From Callorhinchus milii (lineage: Eukaryota): a DNA stretch of 64,000 nt. Location of the stretch: positions 15,874,001 through 15,938,000 of the forward strand of contig NW_024704743.1 of the NCBI RefSeq assembly GCF_018977255.1, read 5' to 3'. How positions within the stretch are numbered: position 1 is the stretch's first letter; each line of letters opens with the position of its first letter. Under the pieces are notes generated by a model. It was not told where the DNA came from. It saw only the letters and a list, made by a program, of their open reading frames with translations, and made no database searches. Position numbers and translations under genes: made by a program. Positions 14,360 to 27,764 of the stretch are shown in pieces.

Positions 14360-14700
14360 TAGAATCATAGAATCATACAGCACAGGAGGAGGCCATTCGG
14401 CCCATCACATCTGTGCCGACTGTTTGAAAAGATCTATCCAATTCAATAACACTCCCCCGCTCTCTCCCCATAGCCCTGGAAACTTGTCCTCCACAAATAA
14501 TTATCTATTTCTCTCTTTAGAGTTGTTATCGAATCGTCTTCCACCACCCTTTCAAGCACCGCATTCCAGATCCCAATAACTCGCTGTGTGAAAAAAATTC
14601 TCCTCACCTCCCCTCTGTTTCTTTCTACAACTATTTTAAATACCGAGTCACCCACCAGTGGAAATAGTTTCTCCTTGTTCACCCTAACCTCATTCTTAAT
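14360..14700 (-). mobile_element. CR1 LINE 3' fragment
   Basis: FFTQRVIGIWNA motif, tagaatcatagaatcata tail; very similar to 62060-62400. Confidence 0.9.
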
Positions 14701-15414
14701 CAACTTGCTAATTTACTGTACAAGTACATAAAGTCATCAATACTCATATAAAATGTCCTTTGAAAATGTTGCTCAGCATTTGAATAAATTCATTACAACG
14801 TCACAGAGTAAGGTTTGTGATGTTTTAATCTTGTTCATTTATGTGGGTGTAAATAACCACTAGTTGGCAGGGCTTTTTTCTGAGATGTGGAATAATCTTC
14901 AGTCCAGGATCGCCACCTTTTTCATATTCCTGAAGCGGAAGCAAGGGTCTTTAGGAATTTAGGGCATAGAGTGTTGAAGTGATTTTGTTACGTAATGATT
15001 TTGAAGTGGGTTTAATATTTATTTTCTGATATTGATATGGCAAGGAGGAGTAAAATCCACACTCTCCCCAGCCAAAAAAAATATTTTGTAGCAAAGGCAA
15101 CAGAATGGGATAGACCCCCTTCAACTGCTTCACAAAATGAGTTGTTTTGAAGTGTAGTGACTATTATAAAAGAACTCGGCAGCAACATTCCCTGACAAAG
15201 CAATGAAATGAATGACCAAATGTAATAGTTTTTTGTTTTATGAAATTGCATGAGTGAGAAATAAGGCAATAGTGCCCTATGAACTTTAACATACACCTAA
15301 ATTACCAGAACAGATAGGATATTGCTTTAACATCTCGTCCAAAGAATGCTATCTCCAATAATCTCCCGCAAGAAAGAAAGAATTTCAGTTACTTATCACA
15401 AAATATACAGTCAC

Positions 15415-15559
15415 TGCATTCTGCTGTGTGCAATTGGCTGCTGCCTTTCGCCAACAAAATATACAGTCAATTCATTTTACAGTATATTCTGCAAAGCGCT
15501 TTGAGATGGCTTGAAGATGTAATAAGGCGCTATATCAAATGCGAGGATTATTATTATTA
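15415..15559 (+). mobile_element. SINE 3' fragment (Deu core and tail)
   Basis: Matches roughly 300-447. Confidence 0.85.
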
Positions 15560-16439
15560 TGTTGAAATGTCTTAAAGCATTTCATAGGTAATTACTGTTA
15601 AGAAGAGGAAAAACTGACACACCATGGCTTAATTCTGTTCACTGAATCCGATTACATATTAATACATGAATAAGATAACACTAGAGATACAATAAGGAAA
15701 AGGAAGTGAGGAAAATAGTAGCACAACTGACTGAACAGTTTCGAATAGCAGCACAAGCTTTAGTTTCAGCAAATATTAGAAAACTTAAAGAGGGCATCTT
15801 ACGTATGTGGTGTATTTGTGCGGAACAACTATAATTAGCTGCTAATTTTTGCCATTGGATCGTTTCACCAATGAAAAAAAGAAACCAAAGAGCTGAAAGG
15901 CCCAGCTTCACACCGTCCCACAGCCCAGCGATTGTATTTGGGAAACACTGTGATATTGCACTGTACATTCAGATTGTTCCACAACAAAACATCCGGCTCT
16001 GTGGCCAATGTTTGGTTACTTGTTTTAATAAGTGGATCGTGTTTGAGCAGGGACCAATGAAACGCTTTAATTATTTCGGCATCGCGCACCATCTAAATAA
16101 CAAAACCTCAAGCTTGTACCTAAAATAAAATATTCTCAAGAGATGCATTAGTTCACGTACTATGAACAAAATGTAACCACAAAGACTGTACTTGGATATG
16201 ATGTGCATACAGTCTGCAGTCTCAAGTTCTCCCTGTACTGTGTGAAGCCGAGGCAGCTTCATGCAGGCTTCATAATGGTCTGGCACTAGTTCAGCTCATT
16301 ATATGTGAGTTTCTGAATAGTGTATGCTTTCACTGTACGTTTTCAAGGTTTCAAATTAACCAAAGCGCATGGGATAATTGGATTATGTGGGGCCCACTAT
16401 TAAATAACGGAGACCAAAATAAAATCTTTAGACTTTAGA

Positions 16440-16958
16440 TATCAAACCAGAGGCATAGAATACAAAAGCTAGAAGGAAATCTTGAACTTCTGCAAGACCT
16501 TAGTTAGGTCACAATTGGAGTATTGTGTAGTTCCCCATTATCGGGAAGATATAAAAGTGATGGAGAAGGTTCTGCATAGATTCACGAGGATGTTACTAAG
16601 AATGAGAGTTTTTTTCTCCCCTACTGGAGCTGGGAATATTAAGGGGTGACCTGTTAGAGGTTTCGAGTTTCTGAAGAGTTCTGATAGGGTAAATAGTAAT
16701 AGATTATTTCCACTGGTGGCAAATCAATAACAAGAGGGCAACATTTTAAGATAATCACAAAAAGAATTGAAGGGGAGGATAGAAACATTCTTTACATTGA
16801 GGGCAGATGTGATTCTGTGTCCCAAATACATTGCTGTGGCAGAATCCATAAATGATTTTAAATGGGAATTGGATAGAAGCTTGAAAAAGAATATTAAAGG
16901 CTATATGGAGTGAGCAGGAGAATGGATTAGATTAGCTACACTCTGTATTATGATTCTA
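16440..16958 (+). mobile_element. CR1 LINE 3' fragment, degraded
   Basis: KTLVRSQLEYCV-like segment; colinear with 10500-11000. Confidence 0.8.
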
Positions 16959-19139
16959 TCAATTTTATTTACCATATTTATGTGTAAAATAATGCATTTT
17001 TAAGTCCTGTCCTGATCCAAAATCACCAAGAATCAGTTATTTTTTTAGAGATGTGGTGCTATCAAATACGCTTTTCCTGCCATAACCTTGTCTTGTTAGC
17101 ATGATAATTCTCAATTTTCTTTAGCATATTTATATGTAAAATAATGCATTTTTAAATCCTGAGCTGATCCAATATCACCAGGAATCCCTTGTCTTTTCAA
17201 ATGCTGTAGTATTCAACACTGATCAAATACTGTCAATGAAGAGGACGCCCTGCTAACAGCACAGCTGGTGAGCTTCCTGAAATTGGCCATCTCTGGGCAT
17301 GGATCCACATTGACAGTCTGGGCAAAATGATGGAACATGCCCTCTGGGAACGTTCCCTCTGCTTTGATTTGTAATAAGATAAACAAGCAGGCAGTTTATT
17401 CATATTTAACATAATATTACTATTCAGAACTGCTAATGGAAAATACACTTCTAAGTTGCATTTTACCTGATTAATTTACATTATTCAAAATGATTTGAGT
17501 CGCTACAAAGTATTTTTTTATTACTGAAAGAAGAAACTGCAAATAATAACATAAAATGTTGGAAATGCAAAAATTATGTTAAAATATTGTAGACTGATAT
17601 GGGGTGATATTGTAATTTTTTTAAATAAGAAATCTGAGTGAGGACTCCTTCTGGTACCCAGAATTATATATCCTGTGCCTCATGGTGACTCAAGCTGAAG
17701 CTGGAGATCACAAGTCAGCATGATGTACTTCCAGTTTCTTATTTAAGAAAGGACGAGGGAATGGGTTGGGTCTGTGAAGAGCAATTTTATCACAGAGACC
17801 AGGAACTATTTCGTGACACAGGTGATAATTAATAGCTGGAAGAGGTTATCAGATTGAGGCAAGGGCATGGGACTCATTTTTTAAAAAAGCTTGATACTGT
17901 AATGGCAGTAGTGTGGGCATTCAGGAAGGATGAGATCAAATGAGCCGATGGGCCTTCTTCAACATTATCACCTTTATGTTTATATGAGTGGATACATCTG
18001 AGTGGCTTTAGATATTCTCACAGAACATATCAGCAGTTGGAAAGAGGCCTATTAGCCTTCCAATGTCATGTCATGGTTTGTAGATGCACAACATCACAGG
18101 AAGTGACATTGAGGCAACCCATTTGAGTGTGGAAGTGTGCAGGTAATTTGAGGGCCAGCTGCGCGCATTCACAGTGAACAGAGTCCATAGTGGAACCTTG
18201 TTATAAGTGAATTTGCACCATAATGAAGCTGGTTATAATGAGGCTGCCTACACTTTAATATGTTCATACTAACTGCTGATATATTCTGTGAGAATTGCTA
18301 AAAAGCTACCAAGCTGTATCCACTCATATAAACATAAGCTAAACCAAAATGTCTAATTTCCAGTCAATCGGTAACGAACGTCACATCCTGTTTTGCGTAG
18401 GCACGAAAAACAAGAAGTGACACTGGTGGTGATCCAATGAACTGGAAATCAGCCATTTTTCCTTTTGGTGTGGAAACCAGTTGTCCAGCTGCATTCTTGT
18501 GAAATAAAATCCGCGATCGGGCCTCACTATAATGCGAGTTGAGCTTTTATCGATCCCAAACACAGGGTTATATCAAGGCTGCACTGTAGTTATCACTAAA
18601 ATGTACCTATCTTTAAAATTCACTTTATCAACTATGAAAATAAAGACTCAAAACTCAATGTGTTTATTTTGTGTGATCAAAATTAATTTGTAGCTTTTAG
18701 ATGCTTGAACATACTTATCCTAGTCGAATTGACTGTGTGCTATGACGTGTTTTTTTCATTGTGGCATTTTGATAAGGCATAATTCCAACCTACTCTACAA
18801 ACTTGGTCCTCCACATATCTAAAAACTATTTGACTCGATTATTCAATTGCAACAGCGCAACAGGAATTCTCATTAGCATAACGCATTGTGTAAAAGACTT
18901 GGCTGAAGAGTGACATCTTGTCAAGAAAACACAATGGGTAAAAGCTAGCTCCCTGGAGACAATAACACAGTTCACAGCATCATGCTAGGCAAGTTCTCAT
19001 GGCATCCATAGATGTTAATTATAAAAGTAACCTGGGGCACAGCAAATGTTTGCCGCTTCCAATTCCTCATTCTTTACTAAAAGGCAATCTGAATGTCCAG
19101 GAAACTGAAACCTATAGTGAATTACTATTTACATGCATC

Positions 19140-19445
19140 ATAGGGGCAGGGATTCACGGTGCATGTTAACCCTAGCTGGACAAGCGGCAGGAAGCTTGCA
19201 ACAACAACAAATGACATTTCTATAATGCCTTTCACGTTGGGAGGACGTCCCATGGTGCTAGAAAGTCCTAAGCAAGTCCCACTTGCTTTTTGGCTTTAGT
19301 TTGGTAAACAACAGCAGTATCCCAATGCACCTTGAAGCCTTGGCCCGTCAACATGCATCCAAACTCTCCGGGATTAGGTAAGCAAAGTGCATCCATCTGG
19401 AGAGGCAAGTGCACTCTATCACTGGACACAGGGTAACCATACATA
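19140..19445 (+). repeat. Family X diverged copy interrupted by an L2 tail (about 19200-19260)
   Basis: ctagctggacaagcggc, gccttggc and ggattaggtaagca align to the reverse complement of 46330-46708. Confidence 0.65.
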
Positions 19446-19745
19446 TAGTGACGCTTTGTTATAATGCACTGGTTAGGATCCATAAAATACCTATCTCAGG
19501 GAATACTTCTGGTTTCACAACACATGCATGTAGCCGGCTAGCTTGCTTTCTGGGTTCTGGCCATTTTCCCAATTTATAGAAAGCCAACTTCCAGAGCATC
19601 AAACTGCTGCAGCTGACATCACTTCCTGTGTGCTGATCATACACAAGAATCAGTTGGCATGCAGGCTTAGTGAATAGGATCTACACCAAACATGTTGTAA
19701 CTTTATCAGCGTTATAAAGACGCACATTATAACAGGGTCGCACTG
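19446..19745. mobile_element. pogo/Tigger-like MITE
   Basis: Imperfect terminal inverted repeats (tagtgacgctttgttataatg ... cattataacagggtcgcactg) flanked by TA. Similar termini at about 18188-18248 and 18565-18588. Confidence 0.55.
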
Positions 19746-20411
19746 TATGTGGAACTCTTATTCGTTTGGTTTTGAGACTCATAACAATGATGATGGTTTT
19801 TAGGGAGTGTCCGATACCCAACATAAAGCTTCACATGAAGTGATCACCCAATTTCCTGACTGAAAAAAATCTTATCAATTGTATGCTATCATTAGTGAAT
19901 CTAGTCACACAAGTACTTTATAGTAAATATAGTCTGATCACCCTATGGCAAGCACCTAATAACAAAACTGTCTAGAGTCTCGAGTTACATGGAGATTGTC
20001 ATAATGATAATAGTTATCCTTACATTTGAAGAGGATGTCTCAAAGCACTTCACAAGATACAGTGTAAAGTGTAGTGACTGCATTTTATAGGCAAACACGA
20101 CAGCCAATTTTCATACAGTAATGTCCAATGATGTGGGTGGCCAGTCTTATCTGGGGGATCGTTGGTCACGCCATCAGGAGAAACTCCCTTTTCTTTCCAA
20201 GCAGTGCCATACAATCTTTAGCATCAATCTGAACAGGTGGTGAGGAACGGTGTTTAATGTCTCCCCCGAAATACATTATTGTTTTGGATGGAAAGAGCCA
20301 AGATGTTGTCTAATTTTCATCAAGATGACATCAAGTTCAATTCATATGACACATATGACACCTGTATCACTTTGCGTTTTATAGTAAACAGAAAAAACTT
20401 TTCAGGAATTA

Positions 20412-20763
20412 AAATAATAATAATAATCCTTGCATTTGATATAGCGCCTTATCACGTTTTCAAGACGTGTCAACGTGCTTTACAGAATATACTGTAAAGT
20501 GAATTGACTGTATGTTTTGTGGGGGAAATGCAGCAGCCAAATGTGCATACAGTTGTGGATTGAGTGACCAAATCATTCTTCTTATTTTTTTGAAGGGATT
20601 AGTATACTCGGAAAAGCGATCTGCCAATCGACTAACATCCGGGTTCCTACAAGGCAAACAGAGGTGTGTGGAGTAAGGAAACTTGCCCAACGTTTCACCC
20701 AGCCCGGGAATCAAACCCACGTTCTCTTGCTTGCGAGGTAAGTGCTACAGAGCTACAGGACTC
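20412..20763 (-). mobile_element. Near full-length SINE, long subfamily
   Basis: Reverse complement of 71-447, including the tRNA head. Confidence 0.9.
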
Positions 20764-23700
20764 TACAAATCCCTCTCTAAATACCTTCATCAGTATCCAA
20801 ACAAGACAATGCTAAATGAAAATGGTGCTTTGGGAATCAGCTACAAACTCATTAATGGTCTTCATGTTAATCAGAACATTCAATTTAATCTCCATAACTT
20901 CTACTAGACTGACACTCCAGTCCAGTACCGGGCGAATGCTGCATCGTCAGTTGGAAGTTTTGTCTTTTGGATGAGATGTTAGACCAAGGTTTCACCTGCC
21001 TGCGTTTCAGATGGAGATGAAAAATTCCATAACACTACTTGGAAAAGAGAAGGGGATTTCTTTCTCTGTGTCCTGGTTCGTTATCCTCCAAATTAATTGG
21101 TCATTCACCTCATAGCTGTTTATCTAGAATCTAACAGGCACAAATTGCTGTGGTCTTGGCCAACAAAAAACACTCATCACATTTATACTTTGTTGTGTTT
21201 GATAAGAACATTGGGCACAGTGGTCCCGCTATCACACTTTAATGAATGAATGTCAGTGGGTAGCAACTCAAACTATTTTTGATATAAAATATCGCAAACA
21301 ATCTTGCATAGCAAAGTAACTATATGACTAAAAATAATAATCCTTGCATTTGATATAGCCCCTCATGTCCCCAACTCAAAATGCTTCAAAATGTTTTCGA
21401 TAAAGTGTAGTGACTGTGTATACATTGGCAAATTCAACAGCCAATTTGTGCATAGCAATGTTCCACAAACAGCCATGAGCTGATTAACCAATGTATCTGG
21501 AGGATTTGTTGGTAGGCAGATAAACTCCCTTCGCTTTTCAAATTGTGTCATTGGATCTTCTATCCACCTAAACAAGGAGAAAGCAACCTTGGTTTAATGT
21601 CCCATTTGAAAGCCAACACCTTTGAAAAGTGCACTCCCTAACACTACAAGTTTTATAGTAAACAGAAAAAACTTTCAGGAATTAAAATAATAATAATCCT
21701 TGCATTTGTGAGCTCAACTGTGAGCTCAAAATCCCTGACACGTATCGTTAAGCTTTATCACATCAAAAGAGCATCAAAATTAATAACTGTCAAATCGAGT
21801 GAATCATTTGCATATCGCTAAATCCCACAAATTGCCTGGGATAAATGCATGGGCAAAATGCCCAATTAAACTGGAGGATTGTGGCTATGGCACTCAGAGA
21901 AACTCATTCTCTTTTCAAATGTCTTAACAGGCAGATGGGACCTCAACTTGATGTGTCATCTGAAGGACAGCACAATTTCGCGCTCCCTCAGTAGTGGAGA
22001 GGTTAATTTATGAGTTTGGTTGTACGGTAGATTTGCTCTCTTTAGAAGAAAGATATTTTGAAGAGGTGAGGTGCAGTAAAATAAATTCTCTCCCTCTCCC
22101 TAGATTTGTCCTATTATTAAATTTATCTCAGATTAATTATGTTTAAAGGTTCCTTTGTAGAAAATACTGGTGTGCATTTGTTAATTTGAGCAATGGTCCA
22201 GACATGATCCAGTGGCATCTGCACTTTCAGCAGCACTCCACTTCCCATCACTGCAGTCAATTTAATCAGCCTGTTATCCGGCAGATCAGAAGTTGGCTCT
22301 TCTTTTTGTTGTCGTTTCCCCACCCCCAATCTTCACCTAAGTGTCTCACTATGCTTGAGTCTCCAAAAAATGAAATAGCATAGCCCTGAGAATTTACTTT
22401 TCTCATTAAACATTCAAATATATACACAAACACACAACACTTCTGCATGCAATTCTCTTAGGCTTTTGAAGTAGCAAAATCTTGTATGAAACAAATTAAG
22501 ATACTTTCTGCAACAAATGAGACAATTGCGTGTGAAATTGTCAAAATTAACAGAGTTTCTCAGGAAAGCTTCCTGAGCTGGTTTGGCGAGGAAGTTTAAA
22601 CCGGAATCAGCCTAACCGCAAGCTGGGCATCAGAACCTATTAACTCATTCACTCCACATGTCCATGTGAAATCACTTGCCCGCAACCATTCCACACAGTT
22701 GAAGTAAAGTTGCCATCTGGTTTCATACAGTGCAACTGGAACCACAGTCAAGCTAAGTGTTTAGAAGTTAATTAAATAAAATAATATTTGTGGAAGAGAA
22801 TCTTTTCTTGTGCATAATATTCCCCGCCACATCTGACAAGTGCATTGAATTCTTATGAACCCATATGGTAAAAAAACTATTAATCTCTTTTTCCTTCAGC
22901 ACATTCATGCATATTATACCTTCAACAGATGCTCTCTGGGATGTTACTTTGCAATGACACACATTGTAAATAAATCTGCAGGTTTCCTTCTGAAGATGAG
23001 TGATCTCATTGCTGGGGAATAGAACACTTTTCCTCTTTTGACACCCAGTATTATCATCAAGCATTCCCAAGATAGGGAATAATACAGTTCAGTGCACAAT
23101 AAACTCTATCTTTATCTACAGGAATAATTATAACTAACAGATGCAATTTCTTTTAGTAAAGTTAACTTCCCTCCAAACTGACATAAAGAACTGCAGTTAA
23201 AATTTTAAGCCATGTATAAATCTCAATGATCAGAACCATAGCATGGTCCGATAACATCTTTTGTGGCAGTTGGTGTTTTTTGCATTTAAAATAGTGTACC
23301 ACAGACAGACATATGTATCAAATACCATATGTGCCACCGATATACTTGGTCATAGTGTAAATACAGTGTCTGAAACACTTCCTAATAGTTATAACGACAG
23401 AATATATTTTGTACAGCATAAGAAAACTGCAGTCATCTCCAATAATAATAGGATTATCAGGTACATTTCGTGAAAATATAGAAAAAACTCCCCCTCCAAA
23501 CATCAATGCCTAAATGGTGACAGGCAAAATCAGAGACAATTTCAACAGTATAGAATGTCCATTCATCAAAATAGAAGTTGCAAATTTCTGCCTTGAGGTA
23601 AAAATATCAGAGAGAGGTTCCCAAAAACCTAGCTGAAAACTGTAATTAAGGGTCTTAATTGATGTTGGAAACTCATTCAGGCAAGAAAAGTATGATTTTC

Positions 23701-24705
23701 CAATACTTCTAAGGCAGTCTCAACATGGGGGCATTTCATGATGGTAATGAATTATGGACAGAGAAGGCTAAACTCTATGAAGTGTGGGCTGTTGCTATGG
23801 CAAAGTGTGTAGGAAGGTTTATTTCAGGTAAACTGAAGCTGGCGTTGTAATATCTGAGAATGAGAGCCCTTGCGAGGTGGGTTAGGGGCTACAAGCAGAG
23901 TATTGACACTGCTCAAGACAGCATATTTGCAGAAAATGAAACCCAGAAGGGTTAGCAAGATTAACAGGGCTTGGAAAGCCCGAGCAAAAGCAACGGTTGA
24001 AGCAAAATTCGTAACAGGTTTTAAAATGGAATTAGACAAATATTTGAAAAAGGACATGCCACAGCACTGGACAGTCCAAGCTTTGCACTAAACAGCTCAG
24101 ATTCCTTCCCTCCAAAAGTCCTGTCTGAACCTCACAGATCCTGGCATATTTTGTTAATGATGGGAATATTGATGTCAGCTTCCAAACTCACCACACCCCA
24201 GCATTGAGAAGGAACCACGGTGAGAATTGCCAAAGCCGATTAAATTCTGATGTAAAATTATCACGAATGAGCCCTCAGGACTGAAGAAATGCTTTCAGTA
24301 TATTCCACATGTCTCAGGAAACGATTGTTTTTGTGTGTTTCTTCAGTTCAGATACTAAAATAAAAATCTGATCTGCCAAACCTTACTTCAAAGCCCTCGT
24401 GTCCTATTATACAAAATGAGGAGAACAGACACAAATACTGAAAGGAATTAAATAAAAAGAAAAATAATTTGTTACTTTTTTTAAAAAAAAGGTGTTATTT
24501 TCTTCATGCTCTCCCTGAGACTGAGAGGGTGTGGCAGACCGACAGATAACCTGCTGGAAAATCTCTGCCAAAGCCCCTCTTTACTAGGTATAAGGATGTG
24601 CCTGAGAATATCTTTTGCAAGATCACTGGATTGAGTCAGATGAAGAAGGCTCTTCAACCCATGTGATCTCATCCTAACCTACAGTCCTCCCAACATGAAG
24701 CCATT

Positions 24706-24933
24706 TGCACACTCTGGGGTCCCCAAGCCTTGGCACCTGCCAACCTCCACCTAATACTTCCTGGAATTAGGTAAACAGGATGCATCCTCCCAGGGAGAGA
24801 GTGCGCATTCCAACAATCTATCTCTGAGATTTCCATGTGTAGGTGGGATGCCTGGAAATCTCAGTTTGGTTTGGATACTCTTAAGCATGGTGATGGGTTT
24901 CCACATGTGTCAAACACCTGGCTGCCAGCCCAA
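24706..24933 (+). repeat. Family X copy
   Basis: Reverse-complement match to 7133-7400 and 46330-46560. Confidence 0.85.
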
Positions 24934-25204
24934 ATATATATATATTTTTATATAATGGGTCCTCTACCATTTCTTTATGTGCTGAAGAGGTTAGACTTTG
25001 TAGCTCAGTTAAAATGGAGAGCTCACGATGCAGCAATTTTTAACACAATTGCTAAACGGGAATTCCCTTTGATAGTCTTAAAGACGTCACACCTAACCAC
25101 AGGAATTTGCTCCACACGTAAATTGTACCGTACCATCGCAAAGTTCTTGCAGGGTTGATGGTTACCCATTTGAAACTTGGAAGTCCTTATTGAGAAATGG
25201 TTAC

Positions 25205-25700
25205 GTAACAATTAGATAAGCTAGAGCTCTTCAGTTGAGAGAAGATGACTCTGAGAGGATCAGATAGAGGTGCATCAAATTTTAAATGGACCAAAAAAGT
25301 AAACCCAGAAAAAACCCACAAAAAAGTAAACCCAGGTAGGAGGCATGGAACAGGCCAGAGCCCATTGAGAGGAGTGAACAGACAGGTCGTATTAATGTAA
25401 TGCTTTCCATAATACAAGCAAAAATGATAAAGGTAGAATGCACCAACGCAGTGGAATACGAGAACCTAGGTTTAGAGTTGCAAAGGGCAATTTCAGGGCA
25501 GATACCAGGACGTGTTTCTTTACTCAGAGGGTAATTAATGACTGGAACAGGTTGCCTGGAAGGGTGGTTGAGGCCAGGACACTGATCTCATTTAAAAAGC
25601 AGCTTGATGCTCTGATGGGAGAATGGTAGGGCGAGTGTTCTGCTGGGATTAGTCCAGATGGATTGAAGGGCCTTCTTCATGCAAACCAATCTTGTGATCT
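25205..25700 (+). mobile_element. CR1 LINE 3' fragment, second subfamily
   Basis: ORF 25438-25629 reads FFTQRVINDWNRLP..VVEA....FKKQLD. Related pieces at 37860-38195 (+) and 58790-59180 (-). Confidence 0.8.
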
Positions 25701-26204
25701 TGCCATGATGTGATTTACGTCCAGGTATGAAAAATTGTGAGCAACAACCACAAATCCTGATAGGGCTATTTAATCCCTCACTGCACCCTGTATACTGGTG
25801 AGATTCTCCCCCCACTGCATGGATAAAATAGATCTTATCTCAGCCAAGTAGAACAGCTTGATTTGTTACTCAGTTCTTGAGTGGGGCAAGACAATCTCAA
25901 AATAACAAATTACATTTGTATAGAGTCTTTCACATCGGGAGGATGTCCCAAGGCGAGAAACTGTCTGATCATTCCAATCCTCCCAAAACAGCAGAATCAT
26001 ATCTTCCAAGTGTGGCACTGGTGGTGTGCTGCATTGTTAGAGAGATGAGATGTTAAACCAAGGTCCATATAACACCTTTTATATTGTTCCACCTAAGATA
26101 TTGATTTAGTTGTTGTTCAATTTTTATTTAGTTTGGGGAGTGAGGACTGCTGATCAATTTTAGCACCAGTTGTCACTGGGTCTTAAATTAATAATCAATA
26201 ATAA

Positions 26205-26620
26205 TAGCCATCCTTGCATTTGATGTAGTGCCTTTCCATGTCACAAAATGTCTCAATGCACTTAACAGGATTTACTGTAAATGTAGTGAATGTGTATTTT
26301 GTAGGGAAATGTAATAGCCAATTTGCACACAGCTATGTTCCACAAACAGCCATGAATGAATGACCAATCTTATCTGGGGCAATTGTTGGCCAGGGTACCA
26401 AGAGAAACTATCTTCTTTTCGAATAGTGGATGGGCGGATTTTAAGGTCTACCTAAACAGGCAGAAGGGACCTCAGTTTCACTTCTTAATTAAAAGATTTC
26501 CAGCAATGCAGCACATCCCCAGGACTCCATTGGAATGTCATCTTAGACTAAAGTCCAGAACTCGGGCTTGAACCCACAATCTTTTGATTCAGAGCGAGAG
26601 TGCTACCAGCTGAGCCAGGT
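26205..26620 (-). mobile_element. Older Deu-type SINE, near full length
   Basis: Head (reverse complement of gagagtgctaccagctgagcc), Deu core gccaatttgcacacagc and tail atccttgcatttgat. Confidence 0.75.
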
Positions 26621-27764
26621 TTAATTAGTTTAATGAATAGGCTCCATTAGCAGGATGCTAAAGTTAACCATTAGTGCGGGTTGCACTGAATTCAGGGCAG
26701 AGAATATCTCTAAGTTTACTTCTTAATATACAGCATACGGACATAAAATATATTTGTAAGCTTGATGGAGTAAAACACCTAATGTGAGCCAAAGGGAGAT
26801 TCTCATAACTGGAGCAGCCTGCCAAGTTAGAGTGTTAGATTTATGACTGAGGTACCAGAGTTTATTCTCCTTTTTGTTGGTAGATTTATTGGCCTTAGTG
26901 GATGAGCGCATCTGATTCTCCATTAAGCAGTCCTGCTCCCAGACTGACCCAATCCACTGCTGCTCTAGATTCACAGCTCACAAATAACTGCTCACAGCTA
27001 GCCAATAACTGCTCACAGCTAGCCAGCTCTTTCCTTCAGGGAGGCCTCTGACTTCCCGGTGAGTTTAGTAATGAGACTCCCACAAAACAGCTAAAATAAA
27101 TCTGGTGCAAAACTTGTTGGGTTATATACTATGGTGGTGAAGGTGGAATCATCTATTTCAATAGCCATTGTTGATTTATTTTGAATATGGGGAAGTGGTG
27201 CTAACCTCCCATTCCTTCTCCCTCAAACTCTGATATCACTGTCCTGCTATATTATTCTCTGCATGAGCACCTGCAGGGTCACCGCCAAAGAAAATGGCAT
27301 CAAACAATTGTTTCAAACCTTTTCCAACCATTGGCACCAAGCCACTTTCTCCAGCAATTCCGCATTCCACAGCTGGATGCATACATGTTCTTCCTTTCAT
27401 ACGACTCATCTTTGAGGCAGACATGAAAATCTCATTATTGCAGGTAATTTAGCCGACGAGCCCCCTGATGTTAACATGAGCAAAACAGCACTTCTCTCAA
27501 CCACCCTTTAGCAATGCCAAGAGGCACATGCAATTTCAATGTTACTTCAGCCAAGTTTGCCCGGCTTTCTGTCCGGTTTTAACAGCAAGAGGAATGTCAG
27601 GCCCCATAGTGCAGAAATATTTTCATCCTGCATTTATTTCTATCACTGTAGGCTATTAAGTGCAGCCTAAAGCTGTTTTCAATAAATAAAGATGAACAGC
27701 TAAAAGCAGATTTTTCTATAATCCTTTCTAATCTAAACAAATCATGCAGCAACACATCATGACA

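Noticed and set aside
18903..18930. Second hammerhead-like motif CTGAAGA-G-TGACA-tct-TGTCA-A-GAAA
   Set aside because: The stem II closing pair is mismatched and I find no helix I/III or cleavage triplet, so it is probably chance.
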